From assembly GCF_964355755.1 (NCBI RefSeq), contig NC_092676.1:15642871-15706870 (forward strand): a stretch of DNA of 64,000 nt, given 5' to 3'. The DNA is from Antedon mediterranea. Its lineage: Eukaryota; Animalia; Echinodermata. Position numbers and translations under genes: made by a program. Shown piece by piece: positions 40,274 through 50,457 of this stretch (positions are counted from its first letter, which is position 1; the number at the start of each line of letters is the position of its first letter). The notes below the pieces were generated by a model that ran no database searches, was not told where the DNA came from, and saw nothing but the letters and a program-made list of their open reading frames with translations.

Positions 40274-41340
40274 ATGCTGAAGATTTTCCTGCTGTCTGCT
40301 GTACTGACGTTAGCCTATGCTCTGACTGATGACGAAATAGCAGCTTTCGAAACTAGTGGTGTCACCGAGCTGAATACAGGAACTGTCGGCTTTGTCGAAA
40401 TAGTTTCACATGGAAGTAGTCATACAATTACCAGTAATGGCGTACCTGATCATGATACACCAGATTACCCAAATCAACATAACCCAAATGACATAACAGT
40501 TCAGGATTTTAGTTTTACATTTCCGACAAATGCAGCGTTTGCTGATGAAACGACCGAACTACCGCTTGGTCCTATAGGTAAACATTAAGGACTTACTGAA
40601 AACTATTGAGATTGTTTATATGTGTGTGCGCCATTTATATTGAAATTTAAAGAAACAACCTTTAGTAACCACTATATTTAAATCTGTATACATATTTTAT
40701 TGTACTGTAAACTATTTCTTTATAGTTCGTTTCTTGAACGAATACAATGGTTGTACTGTACAAATATTTCTACGATTTGCATGGCAATAATCTATAAACG
40801 TAAATGAAATCATTACTATTATTTACAGGACTTGCAATAAATGGAGTTCCATTGTTTAATCCATATACTATTACTGGTGAAGACGCGGTTGAAACGGAGA
40901 CTTTTGACAGTTGCGACGGTCACCCCGATCCAAGAGGTAGCTACCACTATCACAAGATGCCGTCGACTTGTGTTTTTACTGTAACTGAAGGTGTGCCATC
41001 CAGTATTGTTGGAGTAGCTCGGGATGGGTTTCCTATCTACGGTCCCATCGATGAAGACGGCACAAGATTGACATCAGCTGATCTTGACGAGTGTCATGGT
41101 AAAATGTCTTCAGGCGGGGAATATCGTTACCACACTACTGATGATTTCCCCTACATTTTAGGTTGTTTCAGAGGAACTGTATCATTGGGAAACGGTGGAG
41201 GTGGTCCACCAGACGGTGGTCCGCCGGACGGTCCACCAGACTCTACCACAGTGATCCCTCCAGGCAGCGGAGGTCAAAACATCGAATTCACGCTGCTATT
41301 GTTAATGTTTTCATTGTTCTCAATCCTGTGGATAAGTTAA
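40274..41340 (+). CDS. YHYH-domain protein with signal peptide and probable GPI signal, 2 coding exons, 271 aa
   Basis: Exons 40274-40577 and 40829-41340 (phase-1 GT-AG intron). Motifs SNGVPDH, GPIGLAINGVPLFNP, CDGHP..GSYHYH, GVARDGFPIYGP, DLDECHG and YRYH..FPYILGCFRG; G/P linker, then a C-terminal hydrophobic stretch. Confidence 0.9.
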
Positions 41341-41744
41341 ACACGGATAAATAAGTTTCTCCGTGATTTAAATAACAAATCACTACTAAAAGCATACAAG
41401 ATGTATTTTATTAAAAATGAAATTTTAGCCGGGGTGGTAGGAAGATGAGAACTGGTTTTCTCATTCCTGAAATGTCACACATTCTTTCTTAGTTTTAATT
41501 GTTTTAGTAAAGACATATAATCAAATGAAGCGAGGGTTATTGTTTGCTTATTTGTTGTTGTTCAATGTGTGCATGATTCGAATTATTTTTATCTTAACTT
41601 ATACTCTTTTATAAGGCAAAAGGTATTTACCGAAAAAGGATATACAAATAAAGTAAGCAAAAAGCTAAATCAAAACGTATAGGCTATAAACAACTGTTGA
41701 ATCATATACGTAACAATGCAAATATGTCAACATCTTGTTTTTTT

Positions 41745-42432
41745 AGTCGCGTGGAAGCGACTCTATAGTTCACTAAGTCGGTCGGTCGGTCTGTCTGTCG
41801 GTCTGTCTGTCTGTCGGTCCGGTATCAATATGCGTTTTATGGCTTTATGACCTTATCTTGATATCAGTTTAATCTAGCTAAGTAAATTTTTCACAGAATA
41901 TTCCTTATGGCCAGGAATCGATGTGGTTATGTTTTCGCGGTGCGCAATAAAAAATTACGCGGTCTACGCACGATTTAACGAAATCACGTTTGTAATCATA
42001 TCTTAACAACCATGAATCACAATTAAATAAAATTTGGTACTCATAAATTTCAGGGCATAAATCATCATATGGCAATACAATTACGTGCGTAGCGCATGTA
42101 ACGCATGCGTACGCGCGCTTAAAATTTTCAAAATTTATTTCCGATGAAATAAGAGTACGTTTCAGGCAATTTTAAGCGTTTACAAAATTGCCATGAGTGC
42201 GCAGATTTTTGCGCGCGCACTGCGCGTTAAATGTTATTGCGCACACTTTTTGCCCGATTTCTGTTTTCTTGAATTACTTTTCAACTCGAAATTACGTTAT
42301 ACGAGCACGTCAAATGTGACAGGCTACGCACGTGTAAATTAAAAAAATATAAATGTTTTTAAACATTTCAACATTTTTAAATGTTAAATCACTATGCATT
42401 GTAGCACGCGACTTATTGGCTGTTGGCCTTGC
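41745..42432 (+). mobile_element. Helentron-derived non-autonomous element (DINE/HINE-like)
   Basis: Subterminal inverted repeats agtcgcgtg and cacgcgact, a (GTCG/GTCT)n microsatellite near the 5' end, a short 3' stem, and T-rich flanks. Confidence 0.7.
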
Positions 42433-43136
42433 TTTTACTATGGTAGGCATTGCAACGATATAAATAGGTATATTGGCCACATGTTACTTTCTGGTTTTTC
42501 TGGCCAAGCAAAAACAGCCAGACTCGGCAGACAACAATGTCGAAACTTAAATAATTGTACAATTGACTGACTGACAAACGTTGCAGTGAAACCAGGCTTA
42601 AGCTGGTTAACCATGGACCTAATTTATAGGTCCATGGGTTAACAGTTAATGTATTAGTCTTCATGTCGTAGTCTAATTTTATTTGCCCATCATAATGAAT
42701 GAACAAATAATTAGATAAAAATTACTGAAAACCAGATTGATGTTAACTACATAGTAAAAACAAAAATGGCGGATTGTATGGATTATTATCTTTGAGTTAA
42801 GTTGAAATCAGACAGTGAAAGTCTACGTATATTACAAATTTGTCCACAAACGTTCACCACATGAAAACAATTAATCTGATACATTTACTGTTCTAATCTA
42901 TTCTATCCTAGCTATAACTCAATGCCCTATATGAAATGTCCATTAGTGTATTTAGTTTCTGCCTAATTTAATAGCTTATAGCAAAGTATATATTCTGGTA
43001 TTATATTCTTTGCTTATAAAACGCAAATTAGCGAAGTATGCAGCATTAAATAATGACTTGACACTAAAAGATTGTACATGTAGATTATTATGTGTAGAGG
43101 TTGGAAGCTGTGGATTGTTAACAAAAGAAAACTTTT

Positions 43137-43418
43137 CATCATATTTCATGAAGCAATTATTGGAAAACAATTATTTCGATAAGCCGCTCGATGACATCAC
43201 GTGGTGTTATTGGGAATATCAACCCCTTTTCACCGAACTGAGTGGGTCTATTAACAACATTCAATTTATAGAGGGGATACCTATGGATTCGATAGAAACG
43301 ATGGAGCCGTCAAAAACCCATTTAGTAATCATCGATGATTTAATGACCCAATGCAGCCGCGATAAAAGAGTAGTAAATATGTTTACAATGGGGTCGCATC
43401 ATAGAAACATTTTGGTTA
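43137..43418 (+). pseudogene. Polinton FtsK/A32-type packaging ATPase, 5' part (Walker A missing)
   Basis: SYFMKQLLE..ITWCYWEYQPLF..FIEGIP..LVIIDDLM (Walker B)..FTMGSHHRNI. Confidence 0.88.
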
Positions 43419-43819
43419 TTGAGTTTAAGGGTGGGGAGTTGGGTCGAATAAATAATTGGTATACCATATTCATGTACCAGAACCTCGATCCCCGCATAGT
43501 ATTGTTTTCAGAAACAAGATATTGCGAGGACCGAGGTTCTTTGGAGTCGCTGGCTACAAAAGTACAGTACACTGTTGTGTCGAAATTGTTGTTTGTTTAC
43601 GTTAAGGAAAAAGTGTATTTTTTTGTATGCTGGGCGGGTATGAGATTACATACCAAGCTATTAGGATTTTTTTTTAACAGAAATGTTAAGCTTTTGATTT
43701 TGGAATTATTTCCAGCTTCTTGTGTGTGAACAATAATACTTAAAACTCGTTTTGCTATGAAATCTTGTTTAATTCACATTTTGAAATACAAATATCATGA
43801 AAGTTTTAAAAAAAACACA

Positions 43820-44827
43820 CTATTGGTTGTCTGTTGCAGCATCCGGGATAGTTCTGCTGTTTCGCTGTCGATGCTTGCGTGCCCATCGCCAGATCCGTCG
43901 AAGCCACGGCACACGAATTCGCCAACGGTGGCGGCGAGGTTGGGAAGTAGTACCTTCCTGTTGATTACTGCCTACTGTTGCATTATCACCATCAATGGCT
44001 GGCGTCGTGGTCTCGTCACGACGTGCCATTACGTCTCCTTGGTGTTGTTGGTTCGTTGCTCCATCACCAGCACTATGATGATCCATTACTCTATTCCTAT
44101 CTTCGCTCTCAACTAACTGTCGTCTAGTCAGTAACGCATGTGACTCCTCATTTGAGCGGGAATGTCCAACTTCTTGAACATCGGCTACACTATTAGCACG
44201 ATTAAATTTACGTTGCCTGATTTCAACTATGTATTCGCATGGCTGTGCAAATTCTTCCTCTGCTTCGCGTTTCATTTCCATCCTCATTTCTTTTCTCAGA
44301 AAATATCTCTTTCTAAAACCGTCATCTGGGAAAATCTGTAAATTCTTCGCATTTTCATCACGTTTTCTTGATTTCAAACTCATTTCGTATGCGTGTGCAC
44401 ACATCTGACGTCTGCTTTCATAATATTGTATTTTTTCATCTGTCGTTCCTCCAGGGAAAGCACCAGCTGGTGGTTCTTGTAAATTTTTAACTCGTCGATC
44501 GGCGAAGTCGACGTAATCGGACATCAGATCAGTAAACCGTTGAATCTCAGAACGGGCATTTGCTAGCAAGTTTCTGATTGTTCCTGCATCAGAATCATTT
44601 GTTAAATTTACTAGAACTTGTTTAGGTAATTCGAGAGAGCGCTCTCGGTTGTTTGGTTCATGTCTACGACGGGTCCCAGGTTTATGCACAGGACCTTAAT
44701 AACAAAATAAATGAAAATGAATTGTTGTACAGTATAGGCCTAAATCAATTTAATAATCAATGCAATTACAGTATTATATAATAAAAATACTACATAAGTA
44801 AATTATCTTACCATTTGGCATATCCAT
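43820..44827 (-). CDS. orphan protein (296 aa, 2 exons) with an Arg/Trp-rich C-terminal motif, carried in the insertion
   Basis: Exon 44827-44812 (ATGGATATGCCAAATG|gtaag) joins exon 44694-43820 (ttattaag|GT) in phase 1. The open frame has no stops. Confidence 0.65.
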
Positions 44828-45041
44828 TTATTAATTCTCTTAGATTTCTAGTTAATAATAGCAGATATGGTCAGTATAAAACGATCTTCTTCGCTTTAGC
44901 TGTTCAATTGAATGTTTATTATTGCCGTTTCCATAGTACAATTTGACCCGCATTCACTAGTAAAACGCGCGCGTACTAACACAGATCGGAAATGATGAGC
45001 GCGTGTGTCACAGTGCAATGTGCAATTCGGAAATCGTTCAA

Positions 45042-45497
45042 ATGGAGCGAACCCAAAATGCGCAGACAGAAAGTGGGGAATACGTCTTGCTGAAGTGGAA
45101 AAGCTTATTCAATAACGACTTGGAAGCCATGGACAGCATGTGTAGCGAGAAATTGAGGATTCTGATTAACAACGGAGCCGTCTGGACATTAAGTTTCAGT
45201 CGAGATGACCCATTTACCCTCCTACCACTTCTGATTGGTTTGTCATACATATCAGAGACAGTGAGTGTTGTTATTGAATGATCAGATATTGTTTTTCTTT
45301 ATGACAGCAATGGCAACATTCCAGAGAAGCTGCAAGAGCCTCTAAGATCATACCTGATTACAGTGAACGATACTCCCCGGTCTTTGAAACATCTCTCCAT
45401 GTTGTTTATTCGCGACTATTTTGGCCGAAATTACTTATCAAAGTTAAGTTCGCTTCCACTACCAAAGCAAATCATTCGCTATCTTAAGTACGAATAA
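45042..45497 (+). pseudogene. SOCS-box protein with a single in-frame TGA (45279-45281)
   Basis: The same frame continues past the TGA to TPRSLKHLSMLFIRDYFGRNYLSKLSSLPLPKQIIRYLKYE* (BC box plus LPxP Cul5 box). AATAAA at 45533. Confidence 0.75.
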
Positions 45498-46392
45498 TGC
45501 CTAATGTGAGACAATACAAAAGAGACAGAGGGAATAAATTTCTTAATTTAGAATGAACAGAGTGTCTGTTCAATTTGAAAGGACCCCCTTTCCCGGTTTA
45601 TTTTTGCCGGTTGCATTCAGCAACAACTGTTGTTTTTGTTGCGTGATATTTTCGCAATAATGTTAACATAAAACTATCTGTTGCCCTTAATTTCATATTA
45701 AAGGTTTTTTTTCTGCCACTAAACTAAAATTTAGATCCCATTTCATCATATTATTATAGATTAACTATTAACGTTATAGAAGTCCAGGGTTGGAAAAGAC
45801 TATATTTATCTTCATTTCCCTACTTCCGTAATATTTGGGCGAATTTCCGTAATAATTACGGACGTTCCGAACTTTTAAAAACAGTGTTAAATTGCTTCTT
45901 TCTGCAAATTTCGATGGTGGTTTTACAGTATATAGTGGATAGATGAAAATGAATTTAGGAAATTGTGGTTTTACTGACTTGTTTAACCTTTTCTCAATAT
46001 ATTTATAGCAGCAGCTTCACATTTTTTTTTCTAAATTGTTTTAATTATTAATTGATAATAATTAATTTGTATTCATTGATTTTAATTGCTAGAATTTATT
46101 AAATTACCGGAAGTACCTACCAAACAATGTTATCCTATTGTTTTTCACTTGTGTTTTACCGGCGGAAAAAAACAGGCGTGATACGATCTGTTTGCTACTG
46201 TGTAGCCCGATATAGAGTATCATTTCTATTTATCGTACGTGTGAGCGTACCATTTACGGCCATCTAGGGGTGTCATTTAACAAAAATTCCCTCGCCACAG
46301 GCCCCACCATGGTGGGCCTGTGGCGCAAATACTCATACTCAGTGTCTACGGCCCTCTGAGGACTCTTGAAATAGTTCTGCGACCGCCCCTGA

Positions 46393-46696
46393 TATTCATT
46401 ATGCAAAACTTTTTCTACGGTTCTAAGGAAAACCGTACCATCACTTTAAATGCTCACTATATAATACTGTTTAAAAACCCTCGGGATAAATCTCAAATAG
46501 CTAACCTATCCAAACAGATGTACCCCCCCCCCCCCCCGGCAAAGGACGATTTTTACAGAAGGCTTTTGAAGACGCTACCCGTGTACCGTACGGCTTTCTT
46601 TTAATCGATCTAAAAGCAAATACTCCGGAAGAAATGAGAGTTAGAAGTAATATATTTTCACAAAAAAATCACTTTGTTTACGTACCGAGAATATAA
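46393..46696 (+). pseudogene. Polinton packaging ATPase, 3' part (frameshift in a C15 run)
   Basis: IFIMQNFF..RTITLNAHYIILFKNPRDKSQI..LSKQMYP / GKGRFLQKAFEDAT..PYGFLLIDLK..PEEMRVRSNIF. Confidence 0.9.
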
Positions 46697-46745
46697 AACG
46701 CGACCTGTACCGTTCTATTAAATCATTTACCTGTTTATTAACAAC

Positions 46746-47005
46746 ATGTCGAAACGTATCAAAAAGAACGCTGAAACTATTCGTTTCCTAGCCCACTGTT
46801 CACCACGTCAAAGAAAACTAATCCTGGAAAATGCCGAGATCAGCTGGTAACAGCTTTGTGCGAATGTGCAATGAATGTTTTAAAAGGTCGAGTGCAAGTA
46901 TCAATAAAACCCATTTGTCCCCCAAGAGAAAGCGTTTACTTTTTCACAAGGGCGGCTTCCTTGGACTTATATTAAAACCAATTCTACAAACATTGGGTAG
47001 TTTAG
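46746..47005 (+). pseudogene. small conserved Polinton ORF with an amphipathic C-terminus
   Basis: MSKRIKKNAETIRFL..RKLIL / QLVTALCECAMNVLKG / KRKRLL..KGGFLGLILKPILQTLG; frameshifted. Confidence 0.65.
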
Positions 47006-47770
47006 TTCCTGAGCTTTTGCGTGGGCGAGCGCGATAGACGGATTCAGGCGGACCTTGCGAACAAACAAGGACGCGTCTTCCAGGTGGATCTTAAAACCGG
47101 CCGCGGCATCGGAAGACATGAGACTGAATGCGTTTTTACTTCGATGCACTTTAATTTTGACATCTGCACCGTTGAGCATCATCCGATCTTGGAAAAATAT
47201 ATCGCAATGAATAGGTCCAATCAAGTCGACAAAACGACTACCACCGATGTATTGAGCCCGTTTTTTAAGACCTTTATTCACCGCATTTTCGGTCAGGGTA
47301 GGGTCAGCTTTATCCATTTTACCGGCCGTGTCTTTATGAAACAGCCCACCCGTGTGGTGAGTATCCTTTGCATCAGATCCATAAGTTAGTAATGTTTCAA
47401 TCATGGCCCTATACAAATAAGTATTTGTCGAAGGGGTAATCAATCTCTCGTTCAAAGAAACGTCAACTTCGCTAAACAACGATTGCAAAAGTAAATTGGC
47501 AGGGCCTACCGGATCGGCGGGCTGGAGATCGGTACCATCGTGTTTAGTAATTTTTAGTTTGACGTTGAGCATCGTCTGAGACAAATCCATGTATTTCTCC
47601 TCGCTGGACCCCTGTATGTTGAATTGCAAGGGACCCACGTCGGTGATGCTGTTGAAAGGGTGATATTGTACCCATTGTCCTTTGGTTATACTAGTCTGTG
47701 TCGGTGGTACAGAAAACAAATCCAATTCCGATTTTAAACACTCGCACGAGTGACTGTGTACAAAAGCCAT
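47005..47770 (-). pseudogene. Polinton major capsid protein (double jelly-roll), C-terminally truncated
   Basis: MAFVHSHSCECLKSELDLFSVPPTQTSI...SLFSEVDVSLN..YRAMIETLLTYG..GPIHCDIFFQDRMMLNG..LFVRKVRLNP. Confidence 0.92.
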
Positions 47771-47775
47771 TTTTT

Positions 47776-48135
47776 TAGATATCGAATATATCGGAAGATC
47801 TTCTTACTCTCTTTGCGTTCGGTCGACTGATGCCTTTACGTCTACATTTTGGGAAACGATATGTTGACCAGCCTGAGTAAATCTACGTTTAGCAGCTTGT
47901 TTAACGTTTTTACCGCTCAGAATATCTCCCACTAATTCACCACCCACCCGTGCGCAACGCTTGTTTTCCGAGAGCCTTTGCACCTTTCTTTAGCAACGGT
48001 ACAGCCTGCTTGAAGAGACCGGACAAGATACCTCCCAGCCCGCATCCCCTTTGATTGTACGACCCTTGGAACACTGGTATATCACCACCTCCTGCCTGTC
48101 TGACGTAGTAATCTTCGTAATCATCTGCACCAATT
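47776..48135 (-). pseudogene. Polinton core/pVII-like virion protein
   Basis: DYYVRQAGGG.IPVFQG..QRGCGLGGILSGLFKQAVPLLKKGAKALGKQALRTG..DILSGKNVKQA; has protease-site-like QxGxG motifs; frameshifted. Confidence 0.7.
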
Positions 48136-48150
48136 TTTTATTCTTATTAT

Positions 48151-49110
48151 TTTAGACGAGATACGATGATCTGACTTGTCTGAAATGTAGTTTAACGAGT
48201 ACCCTTTCTCGTCGAAATGAAATCTTTTCTCCCGTGTCGTTTATTATCTATTATATAAATTATGGTTAATTCTGGCATAGGCGAGCACAATGGAAACACT
48301 TCGGTACTAATCTCCGCCTTGGATACCTACCTTATCTATCTCAGATGTACCGCGACACGTAGATTTGATAACATTAGTTTCCACTATTACGATATTGTTC
48401 AATATTTCTATCTTAGGAAGGTATTATAAAGGGTTTTATAAGAACATTTATGATTTCAAATCGGTAAATTTTAACTCTACACGCGGTAGAAGTAATTTCC
48501 GGGTTCACGGTAAGGTAAGGTAATCACCTTGCAACTTCCCTGCATGGTTGGTTTCTACTAGGGAGTAAAACAACTCCCTGTTTCAACTAAGTTGGCCATT
48601 GGTGCTTGATGGCGATAGCCATTTTGTTTTTTGTTTATTTTCGGACCGCGTGTGTGAAGGTATAGTAGTAGTACATAAAGATCCAATTAAATATATTCAT
48701 AAAACATAGGAATACATTATTTAAAATACATCGAGCAAACTGAAATCGAATGAACCCCCCTGATAGACGAGTTAGGACTTTGTATACTGTGCGCTATCTG
48801 TGTCCCGTTAGGACCCTGGGATACTCCTGCCCATGTTGCAAGCCGTCTAAAACGTCTTCATTCTTAGGCCAAAACGGCTCACTGTGTCGCGGAATAATTT
48901 ATTAATTATACCAATTAGGATGGTATTTATTTGAATAAACGCCCGGAACACCTCCCCAATAAAACATCAATTAAAATAATTATCGCCACTGAGTCATTAT
49001 CATTCCGAGAACCATCGTCTACACTTCCTAGAGGGGGAGCGAACGAAGCGAGCTCACCACCTAGTATCTATAAGGATGGTATCGATATCTTTTTTCACCA
49101 CCAAGTTCTC
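48151..49110 (-). pseudogene. Polinton minor capsid (penton) C-terminus split by a Helitron
   Basis: Joining 49065 to 48246 gives KKDIDTILIDI-INDTGEKISF...VLVKLHFRQ. Confidence 0.7.
48247..49064 (+). mobile_element. non-autonomous Helitron (818 bp)
   Basis: A|TCTATTATATAAA start, terminal hairpin (ggggagc..gctcacc) plus CTAG|T, no TSD. Removing it restores the mCP frame. Confidence 0.85.
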
Positions 49111-50457
49111 ACCATTCAAGTTCTATTACCTATTTTTAATCATCTGATAACATTCACACACACTGTTTATTTTTCTTAGTTTTTTTAAAATGCCTCTCTA
49201 TTTACAACATTTGTGTACAAAAGAATAGAGATTTTACTGTGTAATTTGAACTACTGATAAGAAAGTACTTATTTTCAACAAGCTCGTGTAACACAAATAA
49301 AATATAGATATAGATCGGTAATTATTGGAATGTATGATCAACGCCTGGCCATTAAATCATAAATAAAGTAATTACGTCACTCACCACGTACTAGGCAATA
49401 ATTAATAAACAAAGGAAAACTGCGCTAAAATAACAAATGCCAAATAACAATAATAATTAAGAGACAAAGAAACAGCTGGCGGAAATAATAATTAAACTTG
49501 ACCATCAAAAATAATAACATTGGTCTAAGCGGAAAAAAAAAAATATTAATTAGATTAATAAAACTCCAACAAAGAAATATGGAATTATGGATATACCACT
49601 GGACAAATAAAAAACCGCCTAAATATTAATTAAATTAATAAATAACACCCTAAACAAAGAAAGACCTTCACTAATTATGACTAATTAAATTAATACAATA
49701 ACAGGAAATTTAAAAAATGTATTTAATTAATTAATTATGAAATTACTCTCTGCCCTGTCAAGGTCAAAAGAGGACTAGGGTACAACCTCTACTACTTTCA
49801 TGCTTTTTATTTGAAATAAAAATCAAACGGTATCACTGCAAAGGGACGACTTGAAGATTGATGCAGTAGATGCGAAACCTACAAGATCCATGTTTTTTTT
49901 AATGTCTTTTGTACATCTATATTTCTATTAGTAGGTCTACAATTAGTAGAGCACAAACAAACACGACTCGCAATGAGCAAGACGATCTAGAGATTGCCTT
50001 GATACCAGTAATTAATCTTTGCCTCATTTGGTAAGCATCATTAGTGTGATTTATTTATTTATTTTTTTATTTATTTAGGTTTAAAAACACATACAAAACA
50101 GCAGCCATTGGCTGATAACGTTTGTTTACAATCAATATACATATATAATTAAAAGTAAAAGAGGCACAATTACAAACAGCATAGAAAAATAACTATATAT
50201 TATAAAACACAAAATACAATGACTAATCAGCACCAATCAGCGCCAAAACCTCACATTTGCCAACTGTCGCCCTCACCGATAAAGTTCATAATGTAATTGT
50301 ATTATCTTTTTCTCGTCAGATCAGGTCCGCTGCTACACTCACGAGACTGTAGGTTAACAATAACTTATTTTCGACAAAATTTTGCTTCCTATCCTGTATT
50401 TAATAAATGTTTTTTGTGTGTTTTTTTAATTTTGTATAGGTGTATAAAAGTGCATAT

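Larger units (their letters stand above)
43419..46392. mobile_element. 2974-bp cargo-carrying insertion within the Polinton ATPase (unclassified; Helitron-like ends)
   Basis: Removing it restores GSHHRNILV-IFIMQNFF in frame. Sits at an A|T site with a 3' CTGA end, has subterminal hairpins, and carries two genes. Confidence 0.7.
43137..49150. mobile_element. decayed Maverick/Polinton (adintovirus-like) virion module with two nested insertions
   Basis: Packaging ATPase (+), small ORF (+), MCP (-), core-protein-like ORF (-) and mCP C-terminus (-). No pPolB, integrase or TIRs are visible in the window. Confidence 0.9.

Noticed and set aside
43010-43729. The 239-aa ORF as a real protein
   Set aside because: A chimera: only ~43137-43418 is Polinton ATPase; the rest is flanking and insert sequence.
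43757-44116. Antisense ORFs (also 47021-47389, 38541-38768, 50592-50978, 56054-56338)
   Set aside because: Shadows of better-supported coding sequence on the opposite strand.
45238-45307. An intron removing the TGA in the SOCS-box gene
   Set aside because: Donors at 45238 (phase 1) and 45261 (phase 0) are incompatible with the acceptor at 45307, which needs phase 2. The frame is already continuous across the stop.
45785-46391. An hAT element defined by CAGGG...CCCTG
   Set aside because: Only a 5-bp inverted match and no 8-bp TSD; kept only as an alternative explanation for the right end of the insert.
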